DNA of 64,000 nucleotides from Methanomicrobiales archaeon (lineage in GTDB: Archaea; Halobacteriota; Methanomicrobia; Methanomicrobiales; Methanospirillaceae): NCBI GenBank assembly GCA_037137755.1, contig JBAXJR010000008.1:1-64000 (forward strand), read 5' to 3'. A model generated the notes under the pieces. It saw only the letters and a program-made list of their open reading frames with translations, was not told the DNA's origin and did not search any database. Below, in pieces: positions 28,768 through 39,635 of the stretch (its first letter is position 1; the number at the start of each line of letters is the position of its first letter). A program made the translations under genes and the position numbers.

Positions 28768-29311
28768 ATGGCCCTCGAATGGCACCCGGATATCATTGTC
28801 CCGGAACGCATGATCACCGTACTCATCGGCCCACCGCAGGTTATGGCGGACGGTATGGACCACTCTGCGGCAGAATGATACGCCACTTCCCATTCCTTTA
28901 TGCCTGCAGTACCTGTTCACTAGTCCTCCCGCTCCTTCACAGGAAAAACTTTGAATTTTCAGTGCGCCGCGGTTTCACCTCCACCAGGTATCAACAATTA
29001 TTGTCGAATGCGATGCCACGTACCTGATCATCGAACACGACCACTCACTCTACGAAGACGACAGGCGGCTGGTACTGTTTGTGGTGAACAAGATCAGGGG
29101 ATTTGCCCGCGATGACGGCACGGTGATCGTGTACGCCCAACGGGTAGACCCCTTCAATCATCATTTCGTCCGGTTAGCTCACCGGGTATGCCTGTGTGCC
29201 ACCTGGGAAACTGCCATCCGCCTCCACCAGTTGAAACAACGGAAAAATATGCATAGAGACGTTGGAAAGGTCCTCTCCCGCCTGGTGCACATCGATGCGT
29301 TCGGGGTATGA
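28768..29311 (+). pseudogene. Frameshifted remnant of an inactive RecA/RadA-like protein of the type found with archaeal PolB2
   Basis: Three successive frames give MALEWHPDIIV..VLIGPP / FLYACSTCSLVL..SVRRGFT / LIIEHDHSLYED..VYAQRVDP..AHRV, which join into one recognisable family sequence. Confidence 0.55.
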
Positions 29312-29441
29312 AACAGGAACCCGCTTGCGTGAGGGATCCGAATAACGAGACGCCGGGGACCACGGGTGCAGGGGGGTTGGGGAGGAGATAAAAAAATACC
29401 CGGGCATCCTTTTATCAGGCGGGCTGATAACGGGATCTGGT

Positions 29442-29873
29442 ATGACAGGGCTCCCGGAAACCACTTACAAAGGTATTCTGCTGCCGTTAGACCTGGTATT
29501 TTACCTGGGGAGCTATCCAGGAGGTGCATTTTCTGTCCGGTGGAACGGTGACGCCCTCCTTGTCGAAGAAACAAGGGGTGGGAACTTTAACTGCACACCA
29601 AGGAGCATTACACCCGGACCGGAACGCTGGGAGACATTCTGGAATGAGATTGAAGATATCGGGGTCTGGACGTGGGATGAGGATTATACAAATCCACACG
29701 GGTGTTGCGGGGTCACCTACTGGAAGCTGGCACTCGTGACAGTGGACCGTGCCGTTACCTGTTCAGGGGAAGACCGGTTTCCTGGCGGGGAGTCTCCGGA
29801 GCTGACACCCGATTTCCGGGCGTTCGTAAGCGCAATAAAAACGCTTTGCGGGAATGCTCCCTTAAAAAATTGA
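29442..29873 (+). CDS. Conserved hypothetical protein
   Basis: 143-aa ORF with a W..FW....GVW.W...Y.....W.L......G...FP pattern. Confidence 0.65.
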   Translation: MTGLPETTYKGILLPLDLVFYLGSYPGGAFSVRWNGDALLVEETRGGNFNCTPRSITPGPERWETFWNEIEDIGVWTWDEDYTNPHGCCGVTYWKLALVTVDRAVTCSGEDRFPGGESPELTPDFRAFVSAIKTLCGNAPLKN

Positions 29874-30029
29874 CGAGGCACTGGTAGCGCCCCGGAAAGA
29901 GGCTAAAACGTGAAAAGTGTCTGCATGGGCTGATTCTTTTTTTCAGCGTTGAATGTACCGTGTACCGTACGGTGTGCCCGTTTCCAAGCGATTAATGCCA
30001 ACACCCACACATAGTACAGGTACTACACC

Positions 30030-30878
30030 ATGTTGTCCCTCACCCTTTCAGCCGATCAACCCTTCAACCTTGATAAAACACTCTCATGCGGGCAGGTTTT
30101 CCGCTGGGTAAATGCAGGCGAATGGTGGATTGGGATAGTAGGGAACCGGTTAATCAGGATTCGGCAGGACGGGGAAAAACTCACCTGGGATGGCACGGAT
30201 GAGCCCTTCATCCGCCATTATTTTTCGCTCGACCTCGACCTTCCACGGATCCTGTCTGAAATTGATCGTGACCCGGTCATTCACCAGGCAATCGATGAGT
30301 GCAGGGGTCTTCGGATTATCAGGCAGCCACCATGGGAGTGCCTGGTCTCCTATATCATCGCCACGTTCACGAACATTCCCTCAATCAAGCGCCGTATCAG
30401 CCTGCTGTGCCGGGAATTCGGCTATGAGATAAGTGCCGACGGTGAGCCTTGTTTCTCTTTTCCAACTCCGGATGCCCTTTCCAGGGCAGAGGAGTGCGAG
30501 GTCAGGGCATGCAGCCTCGGCTACAGGGCCCCGTTCCTCTGCCATGTGGCACAGGAAATTGAAGGGAATCCGGGGTGGGAAGATACCGTCCGTAACCTGC
30601 CTTTCGAGGAGGCACGGACAGAACTTATGCATTACCACGGGGTTGGCCGGAAAGTGGCAGACTGTGTCCTTCTTTTTGGCTTTGAAAGGCTGGAGGCAGT
30701 GCCGGTAGATGTCTGGATTGAGAGGATCCTCAGGCAGCACTACCTGAAACCCGGAGAGAAAGCGAATTACGAATATATCAGGCGATATGCACAGGGTTAT
30801 TTTGGACCTAATGCGGGGTATGCACAGGAATATCTCTTCTGTGTGAGAGACACTATCACAAAAAAGAATGATAACTGA
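30030..30878 (+). CDS. ogg: 8-oxoguanine DNA glycosylase (OGG1-like, HhH-GPD family)
   Basis: TLSCGQVFRW N-domain, GLRIIRQ, LGYRA, GVGRKVADC, PVDVW and AGYAQEYLF. Confidence 0.9.
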   Translation: MLSLTLSADQPFNLDKTLSCGQVFRWVNAGEWWIGIVGNRLIRIRQDGEKLTWDGTDEPFIRHYFSLDLDLPRILSEIDRDPVIHQAIDECRGLRIIRQPPWECLVSYIIATFTNIPSIKRRISLLCREFGYEISADGEPCFSFPTPDALSRAEECEVRACSLGYRAPFLCHVAQEIEGNPGWEDTVRNLPFEEARTELMHYHGVGRKVADCVLLFGFERLEAVPVDVWIERILRQHYLKPGEKANYEYIRRYAQGYFGPNAGYAQEYLFCVRDTITKKNDN

Positions 30879-30922
30879 TTCCCGGATTTCCCTGTTGTCC
30901 AGGGTTACCAGTACCTGGTGGA

Positions 30923-32149
30923 TTATGTTCCGATATCCCAGCTGGACATGTAGGTGCGCTGGTCTGGGGTGAGTGAATCGATCTGGAACCCCAGTGCATC
31001 GAGTTTCATCCTGGCGACCTGTTCGTCAATCTCCTGCGGGACATCGAATACGCCTGCCCCCATCGCTTTGCCATGGGTTACAACATGATTTGCACAAAGC
31101 GCCTGGAGTGCGAATGACAGGTCCATCACCTCAACCGGGTGACCCATGCCCTTTGGAGTCGCGAGGTTGACGAGCCGGCCCTCTGCGAGTACATGAAGAG
31201 TCTTTCCGCCAATGCGGTACGAATCAATACCGTCCCGACGCACAACACCACTATTATGGTGCTCAAGCCAGTCTACATCAATTTCAACATTGAAGTGGCC
31301 GGCATTTGCAAGAATTGCCCCGTCTTTCATGACATTAAAGTGTCGTTCAACAATGATGTGGGTGTTTCCCGTCGTCGTGATGAAGATCTCCCCGGTAGCG
31401 GCTGCCTTGTCCATCGGCATGACGGTGAACCCGTCCATGTATGCTTCCAGTGCCCTTCTCGGGTCAATTTCAGTAACGATTACCCGTGCACCGAGCCCGT
31501 GAAGTTTCCCTGCAAGCCCGCGCCCGCAAAACCCGTATCCTGCGACCACCACGTGCTTACCGGCAACCAGTATATTGGTCGTGACCATGATTGCGGTAAG
31601 GGCACTTTCCCCGGTCCCGTGAACATTGTCAAAATAGTGTTTCATCGGGGTATCATTGACCGCGATAACCGGGAATTGTAATGCACCTTCACGTGCCATA
31701 GCCCGGAGGCGGTGAATACCCGTTGTAGTCTCCTCGCATCCTCCTATAGTTGTATCGAGGAGCTCCTGCCGCTTGGTATGGATCTGGTAGATGAGGTCCA
31801 TACCGTCATCGATGGTGATCTGGGGTTTCGCGTCGAGTACCTTGTCAATTGCTTCGTAATATTCGGTATTATTGGCGCCGCGGCGTGCGTAGCAGTACAC
31901 ATTCTTTACCCGGTTTAGCGCAACCGCCACATCGTCCTGCGTCGAGAGAGGGTTGCAGCCAGTGATGAACACTTCGGCGCCACCTGCTGCCAGTGCTGAT
32001 ACCAGGTTTGCGGTCTTTGCTTCCACGTGAAGGGCCATGCCGATCCTCATGCCGCGGAACGGCTGGGACTTCACAAATTCTTCCTTAATGATTGAAAGCA
32101 CCGGCATATACTGCCGTGCCCATTCAATTTTCAAATCTCCGGAATCCAT
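30923..32149 (-). CDS. ahcY: Adenosylhomocysteinase
   Basis: LHVEAKTA, CNPLSTQD, EETTTG, NAGHF, GRLVNL and GHPVEVMDLSF. Confidence 0.96.
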   Translation of the reverse strand: MDSGDLKIEWARQYMPVLSIIKEEFVKSQPFRGMRIGMALHVEAKTANLVSALAAGGAEVFITGCNPLSTQDDVAVALNRVKNVYCYARRGANNTEYYEAIDKVLDAKPQITIDDGMDLIYQIHTKRQELLDTTIGGCEETTTGIHRLRAMAREGALQFPVIAVNDTPMKHYFDNVHGTGESALTAIMVTTNILVAGKHVVVAGYGFCGRGLAGKLHGLGARVIVTEIDPRRALEAYMDGFTVMPMDKAAATGEIFITTTGNTHIIVERHFNVMKDGAILANAGHFNVEIDVDWLEHHNSGVVRRDGIDSYRIGGKTLHVLAEGRLVNLATPKGMGHPVEVMDLSFALQALCANHVVTHGKAMGAGVFDVPQEIDEQVARMKLDALGFQIDSLTPDQRTYMSSWDIGT

Positions 32150-32382
32150 TCTTCACCAACGTTTTCCTGCAGGGTCCGAAAAAGCCGGGGGCCCCGTGTA
32201 TTGCATCTGGTACAACCCAGTTTATGGAACGGCGCGAACCACCGTTTTTCGAAACGGGGGACCTCCTGCAGGCCATCCCTTATCTGATTGACCTGCAAAT
32301 TACTTAATAGCACTACTGCCGGCACAGATACCTGTTCCGGGAGGCATAACCATGATATACTCTTCTCCGGGAAAGGTACTCC

Positions 32383-33189
32383 ATGGTTCTGACCAGGCGG
32401 ATCATCCCCTGTCTCGATATTAAAGACGGCAGAGTGGTAAAAGGGACTCATTTTGTAGAACTCCGGGACGCGGGTGACCCGGTGGAGCTGGCCCAGCGGT
32501 ACAATGACCAGGGTGCAGACGAGGTAGTATTTCTTGACATCACTGCCTCAAAAGAAAACAGGGGCACCCTTATTGACGTTATCCGGCGGGCATCAGACAT
32601 GTTATTCCTGCCGCTCACGGTAGGCGGGGGTATCAGGAGCATTGATGACATCCATGCAATCCTCCGTGCCGGTGCGGACAAGGTAAGCATCAATACGAGT
32701 GCAGTCCATGACCCTGACCTCATCAGGCGTGGTGCAGAGCGGTTCGGTACGCAGTGCATTGTGCTTGCAATGGACGTCCGGCGAAATTTTACTCCAAACC
32801 CGGAAGGGACGCCCGTCGTGCTCTCTGACGGAAGTACCTGCTGGTATGAAGTGGTAATTTACGGTGGGAGCAGGCCTACCGGGATCGATGCAATTGCCTG
32901 GGCAAAATCCGGAGAAGAACGGGGTGCAGGAGAGATCCTGCTCACCAGCATGGAAACAGACGGCGTAAAAGGGGGTTTTGATATTCCCATAACGGCCGCC
33001 ATTTCAGACGCGGCCGGTATCCCGGTCATTGCAAGTGGCGGTGTCGGGACCTACGAACACTTCTACGACGGGTTTACACGGGGAAAGGCAGACGCCTGCC
33101 TCGCTGCAAGCGTGTTCCACTACGGTGAAATGACAGTCCAGTCGGTCAAGGAATATCTTGCGTCCCGGCAGATCCCCATACGCATCTGA
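32383..33189 (+). CDS. hisF: Imidazole glycerol phosphate synthase cyclase subunit
   Basis: [33 protein letters not shown] and IASGG. Confidence 0.96.
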   Translation: MVLTRRIIPCLDIKDGRVVKGTHFVELRDAGDPVELAQRYNDQGADEVVFLDITASKENRGTLIDVIRRASDMLFLPLTVGGGIRSIDDIHAILRAGADKVSINTSAVHDPDLIRRGAERFGTQCIVLAMDVRRNFTPNPEGTPVVLSDGSTCWYEVVIYGGSRPTGIDAIAWAKSGEERGAGEILLTSMETDGVKGGFDIPITAAISDAAGIPVIASGGVGTYEHFYDGFTRGKADACLAASVFHYGEMTVQSVKEYLASRQIPIRI

Positions 33190-34786
33190 GGTCGATCTCG
33201 AACGCAGCAACAGAGTGTTCAAGATCAAACGCGTTCAGCACGGCAGGATGGATTTCCCCAAATACCCCGGCATTTTTACCGGCCACAATGATATCGGCCC
33301 GGCGCCCTTCTATGAAAGCCGGGTCAGCTGATTCCTTCACCGAATAGTCTATCGAGAGCTCGTGGAGCACCGCATCGGCTGATGCATAGGCCTCCGAGAA
33401 ATCAGCGTTACCATGAATGCTGACGCCTGCTGCCTGCTGGTAGGTAAGGCAGGAGTCAACCACGTCCCCTACCGTGAAAAGGCGTTGCGGGAGCTCCCGG
33501 TGCCGGTTCATGGTCAGGAATTCAAGGAGGAGGGGAAGGAGCTCGGTCCTGACCACTGTGTTCTCGATGCTGATCGGGTGCATGACGTGAAGGACTCCCG
33601 GGCGATCCATCCGCTGCATTTTCTGATAGAGGACATCCTCACTCGTCAGCGTAAACGGCATCACTTCGAGGTAACCAAGGCCGCAGAAGGCCTCGCGGGC
33701 AAGGGCCGCCCTGACCTGGACAGGGTGGGGTTTGCCCACCGTGAAGGTATCAGGTGGCAGGTCCTGGATCTTATCGTAACCGTATGCAATTGCGACGTCC
33801 TCAAAAAGGTCCCAGTCATGCATGATATCCGCCCGGTAACAGGGTACCTGCACGTTCACCCGATCGTCACCCGAAGGCCTTGCACCGAACCGCATCTTCT
33901 CAAGGAGCAATGCCATTGTAACCGGGGTCAGGTCGATACCGAGAAGGCGGGAGCATTCCTGAACGCTGACATTACGCTCTACAGGAGCAAGGGTAGGGGT
34001 CTGCACACCACCTATCGCGACGCTTTCAATACTCGCTCCTGCTTCAGCCATTGCCGTGCAGATAATGTTGACTGCGACACTGACAGCCCGCTGATCGGTC
34101 CCGGTTGTATCAAGGAGGATATTCTTCGTATCAATGGTCACGCGTGTCCGCTCACCGTTAATAATTGGAGGGAACGAGAGGACATGATCGTGTGAATCCA
34201 CAATCAACGGAAAAAGTTTAAAATCTTTGACGATTTTCGCGTAATCCCTGCCCTTCGGGTGCGTTTCGAGGATCTCATCCATTGTCATCTCCTCAGTATA
34301 ATCGAGCGGGATAAACTTCCTGCTCCTTTGTGAAGCGACATAATGGAACGGCTGCGTTACGGTGTCCATATCGTGAATACCGATCGCCACCTTGCTCCTG
34401 CCCCTGCCGACTGCCCAATGGAGCGACTCCTGGAGGGACATGATGCTCTGGATTGACTCGTCATCGAATTCGACCCCCCGTATGACGGCTGCACCAAGAA
34501 CAGGACGGATATCTGCAAGTTTTGGGTCAACGGTGAATGAGATCCCCGAAGGCTTTACCGAGTAAACAGGCAATCCGATCTCGATCCCGAGATAGCCCCG
34601 CATGGCCCGCGCAACACCCTCGGGTGAGAAGAGGTCCGGGCGGTCCGGGAAGAACTCCACGTCAGCGTGGTCCTCTTCGATCCGCTCGACATCCGAACCG
34701 ATGAATGCGACCTTATCAAGGATCGTCTTCCTGTCGGCCCGGGTGAGCCGCTCGAGGTACTTGTAAGGGAGGGTAATAACAGCCAT
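33146..34786 (-). CDS. pheT: Phenylalanine--tRNA ligase beta subunit
   Basis: [46 protein letters not shown] and GEIHP. Confidence 0.95.
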   Translation of the reverse strand: MAVITLPYKYLERLTRADRKTILDKVAFIGSDVERIEEDHADVEFFPDRPDLFSPEGVARAMRGYLGIEIGLPVYSVKPSGISFTVDPKLADIRPVLGAAVIRGVEFDDESIQSIMSLQESLHWAVGRGRSKVAIGIHDMDTVTQPFHYVASQRSRKFIPLDYTEEMTMDEILETHPKGRDYAKIVKDFKLFPLIVDSHDHVLSFPPIINGERTRVTIDTKNILLDTTGTDQRAVSVAVNIICTAMAEAGASIESVAIGGVQTPTLAPVERNVSVQECSRLLGIDLTPVTMALLLEKMRFGARPSGDDRVNVQVPCYRADIMHDWDLFEDVAIAYGYDKIQDLPPDTFTVGKPHPVQVRAALAREAFCGLGYLEVMPFTLTSEDVLYQKMQRMDRPGVLHVMHPISIENTVVRTELLPLLLEFLTMNRHRELPQRLFTVGDVVDSCLTYQQAAGVSIHGNADFSEAYASADAVLHELSIDYSVKESADPAFIEGRRADIIVAGKNAGVFGEIHPAVLNAFDLEHSVAAFEIDLRCVWGSAGTQDIP

Positions 34787-34788
34787 TT

Positions 34789-36231
34789 TCAGACACCATC
34801 CTTTGTATTGCGAAGTATCGGCTTCTCGCGCAGGAACGCAATATCACTCTGGTGGAGGTAGCGGAGATCTTTTAAGCCGAGCCTTAGCATCGCGATCCGG
34901 CTTACTCCGAGGCCCCATGCAAGCACCGGGTAATTAATGCCGAGCGGGGCGGTGACTTCCTCGCGGAATACACCAGCGCCGCCCATCTCGATCCAGCCGA
35001 GACCCTCGACATAGACTTCTGCATCAAGACTCGGCTCGGTGTAGGGGTAATAGGAGGGCTTGAACCGCACGCCGGTAAAACCCATGCGGTGGTAGAACTC
35101 GCGGAGGATCCCGAGCAGGTTTCCGAACGTGACACCTTCGTCCATGACGACCCCCTCGAGCTGCTCGAACTCGGCCAGGTGGGTGGTATCGATGGTTTCA
35201 CGCCGGTAGACCCTGCCAATGCAGAACGCCTTAACAGGGGGATTCGGGTTATTTGCAAGGTGCTGGATCGACACGCTTGTCGTGTGGGTACGCAACACGC
35301 ATTGCTCGGCCTTCTCTTCCTTCCATATCCCTCCCCAGCCGGTCGAGGATGTGTTTCCACCGGAAATATGCATGGCTTTTACCTTCTCATACCCGTCAGG
35401 AAGCGGGATTGTTTCTTTGAGGTAGAAGGTGTCCTGCATCTCACGGGCAGGGTGGTCCTGCGGCTGGAAGAGGGCATCGAAATTCCAGAAGGACTGCTGA
35501 ACGATCCCACCATAGAGCTCCTCGAACCCCATCTCGAGAAGGATCTCCCTCATCTCGGCGATGATCCGCTGGTAGGGGTGAACTTTGCCGGGATACGCCT
35601 TCTTCGGGAGCTTGGTCACGTCGTACCGGCGGAGATTTAAGCTCTTCCATTCACCGGACAGTATTTGATCGGTGGTGAGAGTCCCGGTCTCCTCGCGGAG
35701 ATCGAGACCTTTTTGTGCAAACGTGAGCCCATCTGGTGTGATGCCAATTATGTAGCGGACGGTCTCGGTCTCCAAAAGGAGGCCACGCTTGACGATCTCT
35801 GTTGTCGCCGTGTCAGTGGCAGAGGGATTTTTTAAGGCAAGTTCATACGCTTCAGTGGAGGCACCAGTCGCCTTGACAATGGAGGTACCTTCAACCTTCA
35901 CGAGGCCTTTCTTTCTCAACTGACCGAACCCGATCCTGAACGCCTCATGATTCTGAAGATCGGCAAGGGTTGTTCCCGGCAGGATGTCCTGTAATAGTTG
36001 CGTCTCTGGGAGCCCTTTCTGTAAGTAGACTTTTCCCTCCTCCGTGTATACGAACTCCTTGGCAACAATCCGCTCAACCGTAACAAGCCCCCTGTCCTGA
36101 GCGAGGTGGGCCCACTGCACCACTGCCTCCGGGGTAGCATCCAGCAGGCCGGCAAGATGCGGGGCATCCGCCTTCTTCTCTTTTTCCAGGGTTGCAAGCA
36201 ACCGCTTCTCGTTCTGCGTCAGTTCTGCCAT
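34789..36231 (-). CDS. pheS: Phenylalanine--tRNA ligase alpha subunit
   Basis: [28 protein letters not shown] and YPYTEPS. Confidence 0.96.
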   Translation of the reverse strand: MAELTQNEKRLLATLEKEKKADAPHLAGLLDATPEAVVQWAHLAQDRGLVTVERIVAKEFVYTEEGKVYLQKGLPETQLLQDILPGTTLADLQNHEAFRIGFGQLRKKGLVKVEGTSIVKATGASTEAYELALKNPSATDTATTEIVKRGLLLETETVRYIIGITPDGLTFAQKGLDLREETGTLTTDQILSGEWKSLNLRRYDVTKLPKKAYPGKVHPYQRIIAEMREILLEMGFEELYGGIVQQSFWNFDALFQPQDHPAREMQDTFYLKETIPLPDGYEKVKAMHISGGNTSSTGWGGIWKEEKAEQCVLRTHTTSVSIQHLANNPNPPVKAFCIGRVYRRETIDTTHLAEFEQLEGVVMDEGVTFGNLLGILREFYHRMGFTGVRFKPSYYPYTEPSLDAEVYVEGLGWIEMGGAGVFREEVTAPLGINYPVLAWGLGVSRIAMLRLGLKDLRYLHQSDIAFLREKPILRNTKDGV

Positions 36232-36232
36232 G

Positions 36233-37486
36233 TCACACCCTAATCATATCTGTACATGCGTCCATTTTCTCCCGGAAATCTTTCAGGAACGCCACGACCC
36301 GCTCCGCGGTGTCTTTCTTGCACTGACCGCAGGTGATCTCCCCGGCCGTGCATTTCCGCCGTATCTCCGCCAGCTCTGCGTCGTCTGTTACCATGTGGAA
36401 GAGGTTGAGGAGGAAGATCGAACATTTGTCCGGCTCGCCACCGAGGCGTTTCTGCTCTTCAAGGGTCATTCTCCCACCGGTGATCCCGCTCATCACCTTC
36501 TTTCTCACTGTTACCCCGGGCTCATAGAAAGAGATGATGCTCTCCGGGATGCTCGATGACATCTTCCCGCCGGTAAGACCGGGCATGAAAATGTGGTATG
36601 TCGATGAGGGGGTATAGAAGGCAAACCCGCCGTGTGCCCGCTCGATCTCCCTCACGGTCGAAGCAACATCGGTACATTGCGCTCCCTTGATATCGACATG
36701 CCCCGCGTACTTCTTTGCATGCGGGAAAGCGTTCCTTACCGCCTCGAGCGCTTCCTCGGGTGCATTTTTAGAGCGGACACTGATATATCCGTCCCGCTCC
36801 TCAATGGTGAACATCCTCATCTTGTGGGCGATCCCCCGGGTGAGCCGGATATGCGGGTCCTGGTCAATCCCGACGGGCACCAGCGTTGGCGCCGGTTCGC
36901 GGTCGATTTGCGGGTAGAGGATGTCGGCCACCTGCGTGATCACGCTGTCAGCATGGGCGAGATCGGTATCGGCTCCAAACCCGTAAATTGCGGTGAGTTC
37001 CGAGAAGTTCACCTTGGTCGCCGCCTCGAAGGCAAGGTCCTTGAGCCGGTCATTCCTGCTCTGGAAATAGGTCTGCCCTTCAAACCCGAGCGCGTAGAGG
37101 CAGGAAAGATATTCCTTCCCAAACTCGTCGCATTTATCCCATGAGAGGCCGCGGACCGCATGGGCTTCACGGTCAGCAATGGTAATGTAACCATTTCCAC
37201 CCTGAAAAACGTGCCAGACGACCTCCTTCATCACCATCAGGTGGCCGAGATGCGGGTGGCCGGATGGCATGAACCCGGTCAGGATATGGAACTGGCGCCG
37301 GTTGCGTATTGCATCTGCGATCACCTGGTAATCGCGATGCCCGAGGACTATTCCCCGGCGGATAAAATACGGGACTTCGGGCAGGTTGCCGATTGCATTC
37401 GCAATCGGTGAAATGCCGAATTCAGAGAATGTTTTCTCGATCTCAAGCGACGGCTGACTCGACCATGGGTTGATCTCCGGTGACAT
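36233..37486 (-). CDS. trpS: Tryptophan--tRNA ligase
   Basis: GFMPSGHPHLGH (HIGH), QVADIL, PVGIDQDPH and KMSSS. Confidence 0.95.
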   Translation of the reverse strand: MSPEINPWSSQPSLEIEKTFSEFGISPIANAIGNLPEVPYFIRRGIVLGHRDYQVIADAIRNRRQFHILTGFMPSGHPHLGHLMVMKEVVWHVFQGGNGYITIADREAHAVRGLSWDKCDEFGKEYLSCLYALGFEGQTYFQSRNDRLKDLAFEAATKVNFSELTAIYGFGADTDLAHADSVITQVADILYPQIDREPAPTLVPVGIDQDPHIRLTRGIAHKMRMFTIEERDGYISVRSKNAPEEALEAVRNAFPHAKKYAGHVDIKGAQCTDVASTVREIERAHGGFAFYTPSSTYHIFMPGLTGGKMSSSIPESIISFYEPGVTVRKKVMSGITGGRMTLEEQKRLGGEPDKCSIFLLNLFHMVTDDAELAEIRRKCTAGEITCGQCKKDTAERVVAFLKDFREKMDACTDMIRV

Positions 37487-37543
37487 AAGGTGGGCACGGT
37501 TCCTGTGAAGTTTTATGATGCGTAGCGGATCATATGCATTGTA

Positions 37544-38698
37544 TCAGAGTTTTATCCGGGCAAATTCGGTATAATGAATGCCTGCAGTATGTACGCAGCC
37601 AAACAACATCTTCTTTTTCACGCTGTGAGAGAGGCGGACTGACCGGGAAATGGTACTCATCGGCATTGCCCCCCCGGTAGCCACGGCATGGACGAGCATC
37701 TCCGAGTGGACCTTTGTCCCTGTATACACCCGAAAATGGTGACCGAACTTGTACCCGGTCTTCGGGGTATAGCCATGCGCCCGCAGATCGCTGTACACCA
37801 GCACTTTTTCCCCCATCTCCAGGTCTGAAATTGTTGCAATTTCCAGGTATTCATCCCGGGTCACGGGTTTTCCCTCAGAGAGAAGTGCCAGGCATCCTGC
37901 CTGCATCAGGTAAAGGGTTTCAAGCGACGACAGCACTAACCGTGTATGGTCAAATCGCATACCGAATGAGCCGACCAGGGAGCCTGATGACCCCGGGATT
38001 GTGGATTCGGGAGAGAGAGAGGGTTTTTCCCGCAATGTCATCTCTGTTGTGCCCTGGCGCAATAGTGCCGGGGTGTTCACGGGTTGTTTGCCGGCCTGCA
38101 ATTCTTCCGTTACGGGGACGCACTTTTTATCATCCGGGACATCCAGGACAGCAGATCTTCCGAATAACGTGCCTTTCAACGGGCCGGGGGTTACGGGAGG
38201 TCCAATCTCCGGGAGAGACGGCACCTTGATCTCGTAGTAGGTGAGCTCATTTTCGTCATCAACCACCGCGAGGACGTGCTGTTTTCTCATATGGGCTGAT
38301 GCTGAAAACTCACGTACCAGAACACCGAAATCGATCATATCACGTTCTGAAAGGACACGGACCATGTACTTTGACTGACCTGTACCAGGCCGTTCACCGC
38401 GGCGAAAAACCCTGAAGTCGTGTGGCCCGGTCTGTACTGCATACCCCCTCTCACGGAGGTCCCGGTACACAAGATAACTCCGCAGAAAGTTAGGTTCTGT
38501 TGTAAACGCAGACAATAACCGTTCAAAATTAAACCCCGGGATTTCAATACGGTTCCGGTGGATGAGATAGAGCGCCTCAACCGGGGCAAGACGGAGCACT
38601 GAGCCATCCTTCTCAGGCCTCCCATACCCGCTCTGCTCGTAGAGCACCCTTGCGTCTTTTCCAAGCCGGACTTCCTTACCGTCGAACTGTGCTTTCAC
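37544..38698 (-). CDS. endA: tRNA-intron endonuclease (alpha2 type)
   Basis: Two repeated halves (VYRDLRERGY / VYSDLRAHGY); catalytic GYKFGHHFRVY and SVKK; probable GTG start at 38698. Confidence 0.9.
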   Translation of the reverse strand: MKAQFDGKEVRLGKDARVLYEQSGYGRPEKDGSVLRLAPVEALYLIHRNRIEIPGFNFERLLSAFTTEPNFLRSYLVYRDLRERGYAVQTGPHDFRVFRRGERPGTGQSKYMVRVLSERDMIDFGVLVREFSASAHMRKQHVLAVVDDENELTYYEIKVPSLPEIGPPVTPGPLKGTLFGRSAVLDVPDDKKCVPVTEELQAGKQPVNTPALLRQGTTEMTLREKPSLSPESTIPGSSGSLVGSFGMRFDHTRLVLSSLETLYLMQAGCLALLSEGKPVTRDEYLEIATISDLEMGEKVLVYSDLRAHGYTPKTGYKFGHHFRVYTGTKVHSEMLVHAVATGGAMPMSTISRSVRLSHSVKKKMLFGCVHTAGIHYTEFARIKL

Positions 38699-38932
38699 GT
38701 TCTGTATAATTACGTTGTATTCCTTTATAAGTGACAACACCGCCGGACGAAGGGTTTCCCTCTGCCTGGAATGCAGACCTCCCTGTTTTTCCGGGGCAGT
38801 TTAAATAATCATTTTTATTCCTGCCTGTTTCCGGACTACTAAATTAAACCCTGCTGTTTTGCAGGCCTTCATCTGCGTAATACAATCCCAGGGCATCCAT
38901 TCCGCAACAGGCTTGCATCCCTCGCGTGAGCT

Positions 38933-39553
38933 CTATGATTCCCGGGTTGCATGAAGATACCCGAGGAGCCCGAGCGGGGCCTGGCTCGGCACATAATCGA
39001 TCTGGAAATTGTAATTATGGCTGATATAATCAAGGAACAGGGGGCTGGGAGGCCCGCTGATAGGGGGGAGATGGAGTTCCATTTCTATCCTGCGAATACC
39101 CGCAAGGTCATGCGGGTCTATCAGCCACTCTGCCCCTTCACAATCACACTTAAGAAAATCGCAGCCACCCGTCATTCCGATAAGCGTTTTCAATGAAACG
39201 GTCTGCATGTTCCTGCTTGCGCCGTCCCAGCTGATGCTTTCAACATTCCCGTTCCCTAACGCACTATGCAGCACGGTGACAGAAACCCCGTTCAAACTGA
39301 TATTTTTCTGAAGGATTTCCTGGGTAAGGGGTTCAACCGCGAAAACAAAATCAGAATAATATGCCGCCCTGATGCAGAAGGCCCCGACATTTGCACCGAT
39401 ATCAACAACGATATCATCTTGTTTTATATCAGAAAATCGGTACTCAGGGACTTCTAAAATCTGGCGGTACCCGGCAGGTGCGTTCGTAAACCTGATGTTA
39501 TCCCGTGTAACGGTAACGGGCGGTTCAGGCCCTGCCTCACAAAGATCTTTCAT
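38933..39553 (-). CDS. FkbM-family methyltransferase
   Basis: VDIGANVG, AVEP and LKCDCEGAE. Confidence 0.85.
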   Translation of the reverse strand: MKDLCEAGPEPPVTVTRDNIRFTNAPAGYRQILEVPEYRFSDIKQDDIVVDIGANVGAFCIRAAYYSDFVFAVEPLTQEILQKNISLNGVSVTVLHSALGNGNVESISWDGASRNMQTVSLKTLIGMTGGCDFLKCDCEGAEWLIDPHDLAGIRRIEMELHLPPISGPPSPLFLDYISHNYNFQIDYVPSQAPLGLLGYLHATRES

Positions 39554-39635
39554 TCTTCCGGTATTCGAACAAGTCGGGGTATCGTCTGCCCTTTTATTAC
39601 GGATAGAAATATTTTCCTGACCGGGAAGCACAGTT

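Noticed and set aside
33146-33189. 44-bp convergent overlap of hisF and pheT
   Set aside because: Short 3' overlaps are common in compact archaeal genomes; both genes look intact.
38778-38870. Three loose CCTG..TTT.C.GG repeats upstream of endA, considered as a CRISPR remnant
   Set aside because: Too degenerate and irregularly spaced; no cas genes; no CRISPR array anywhere in the window.
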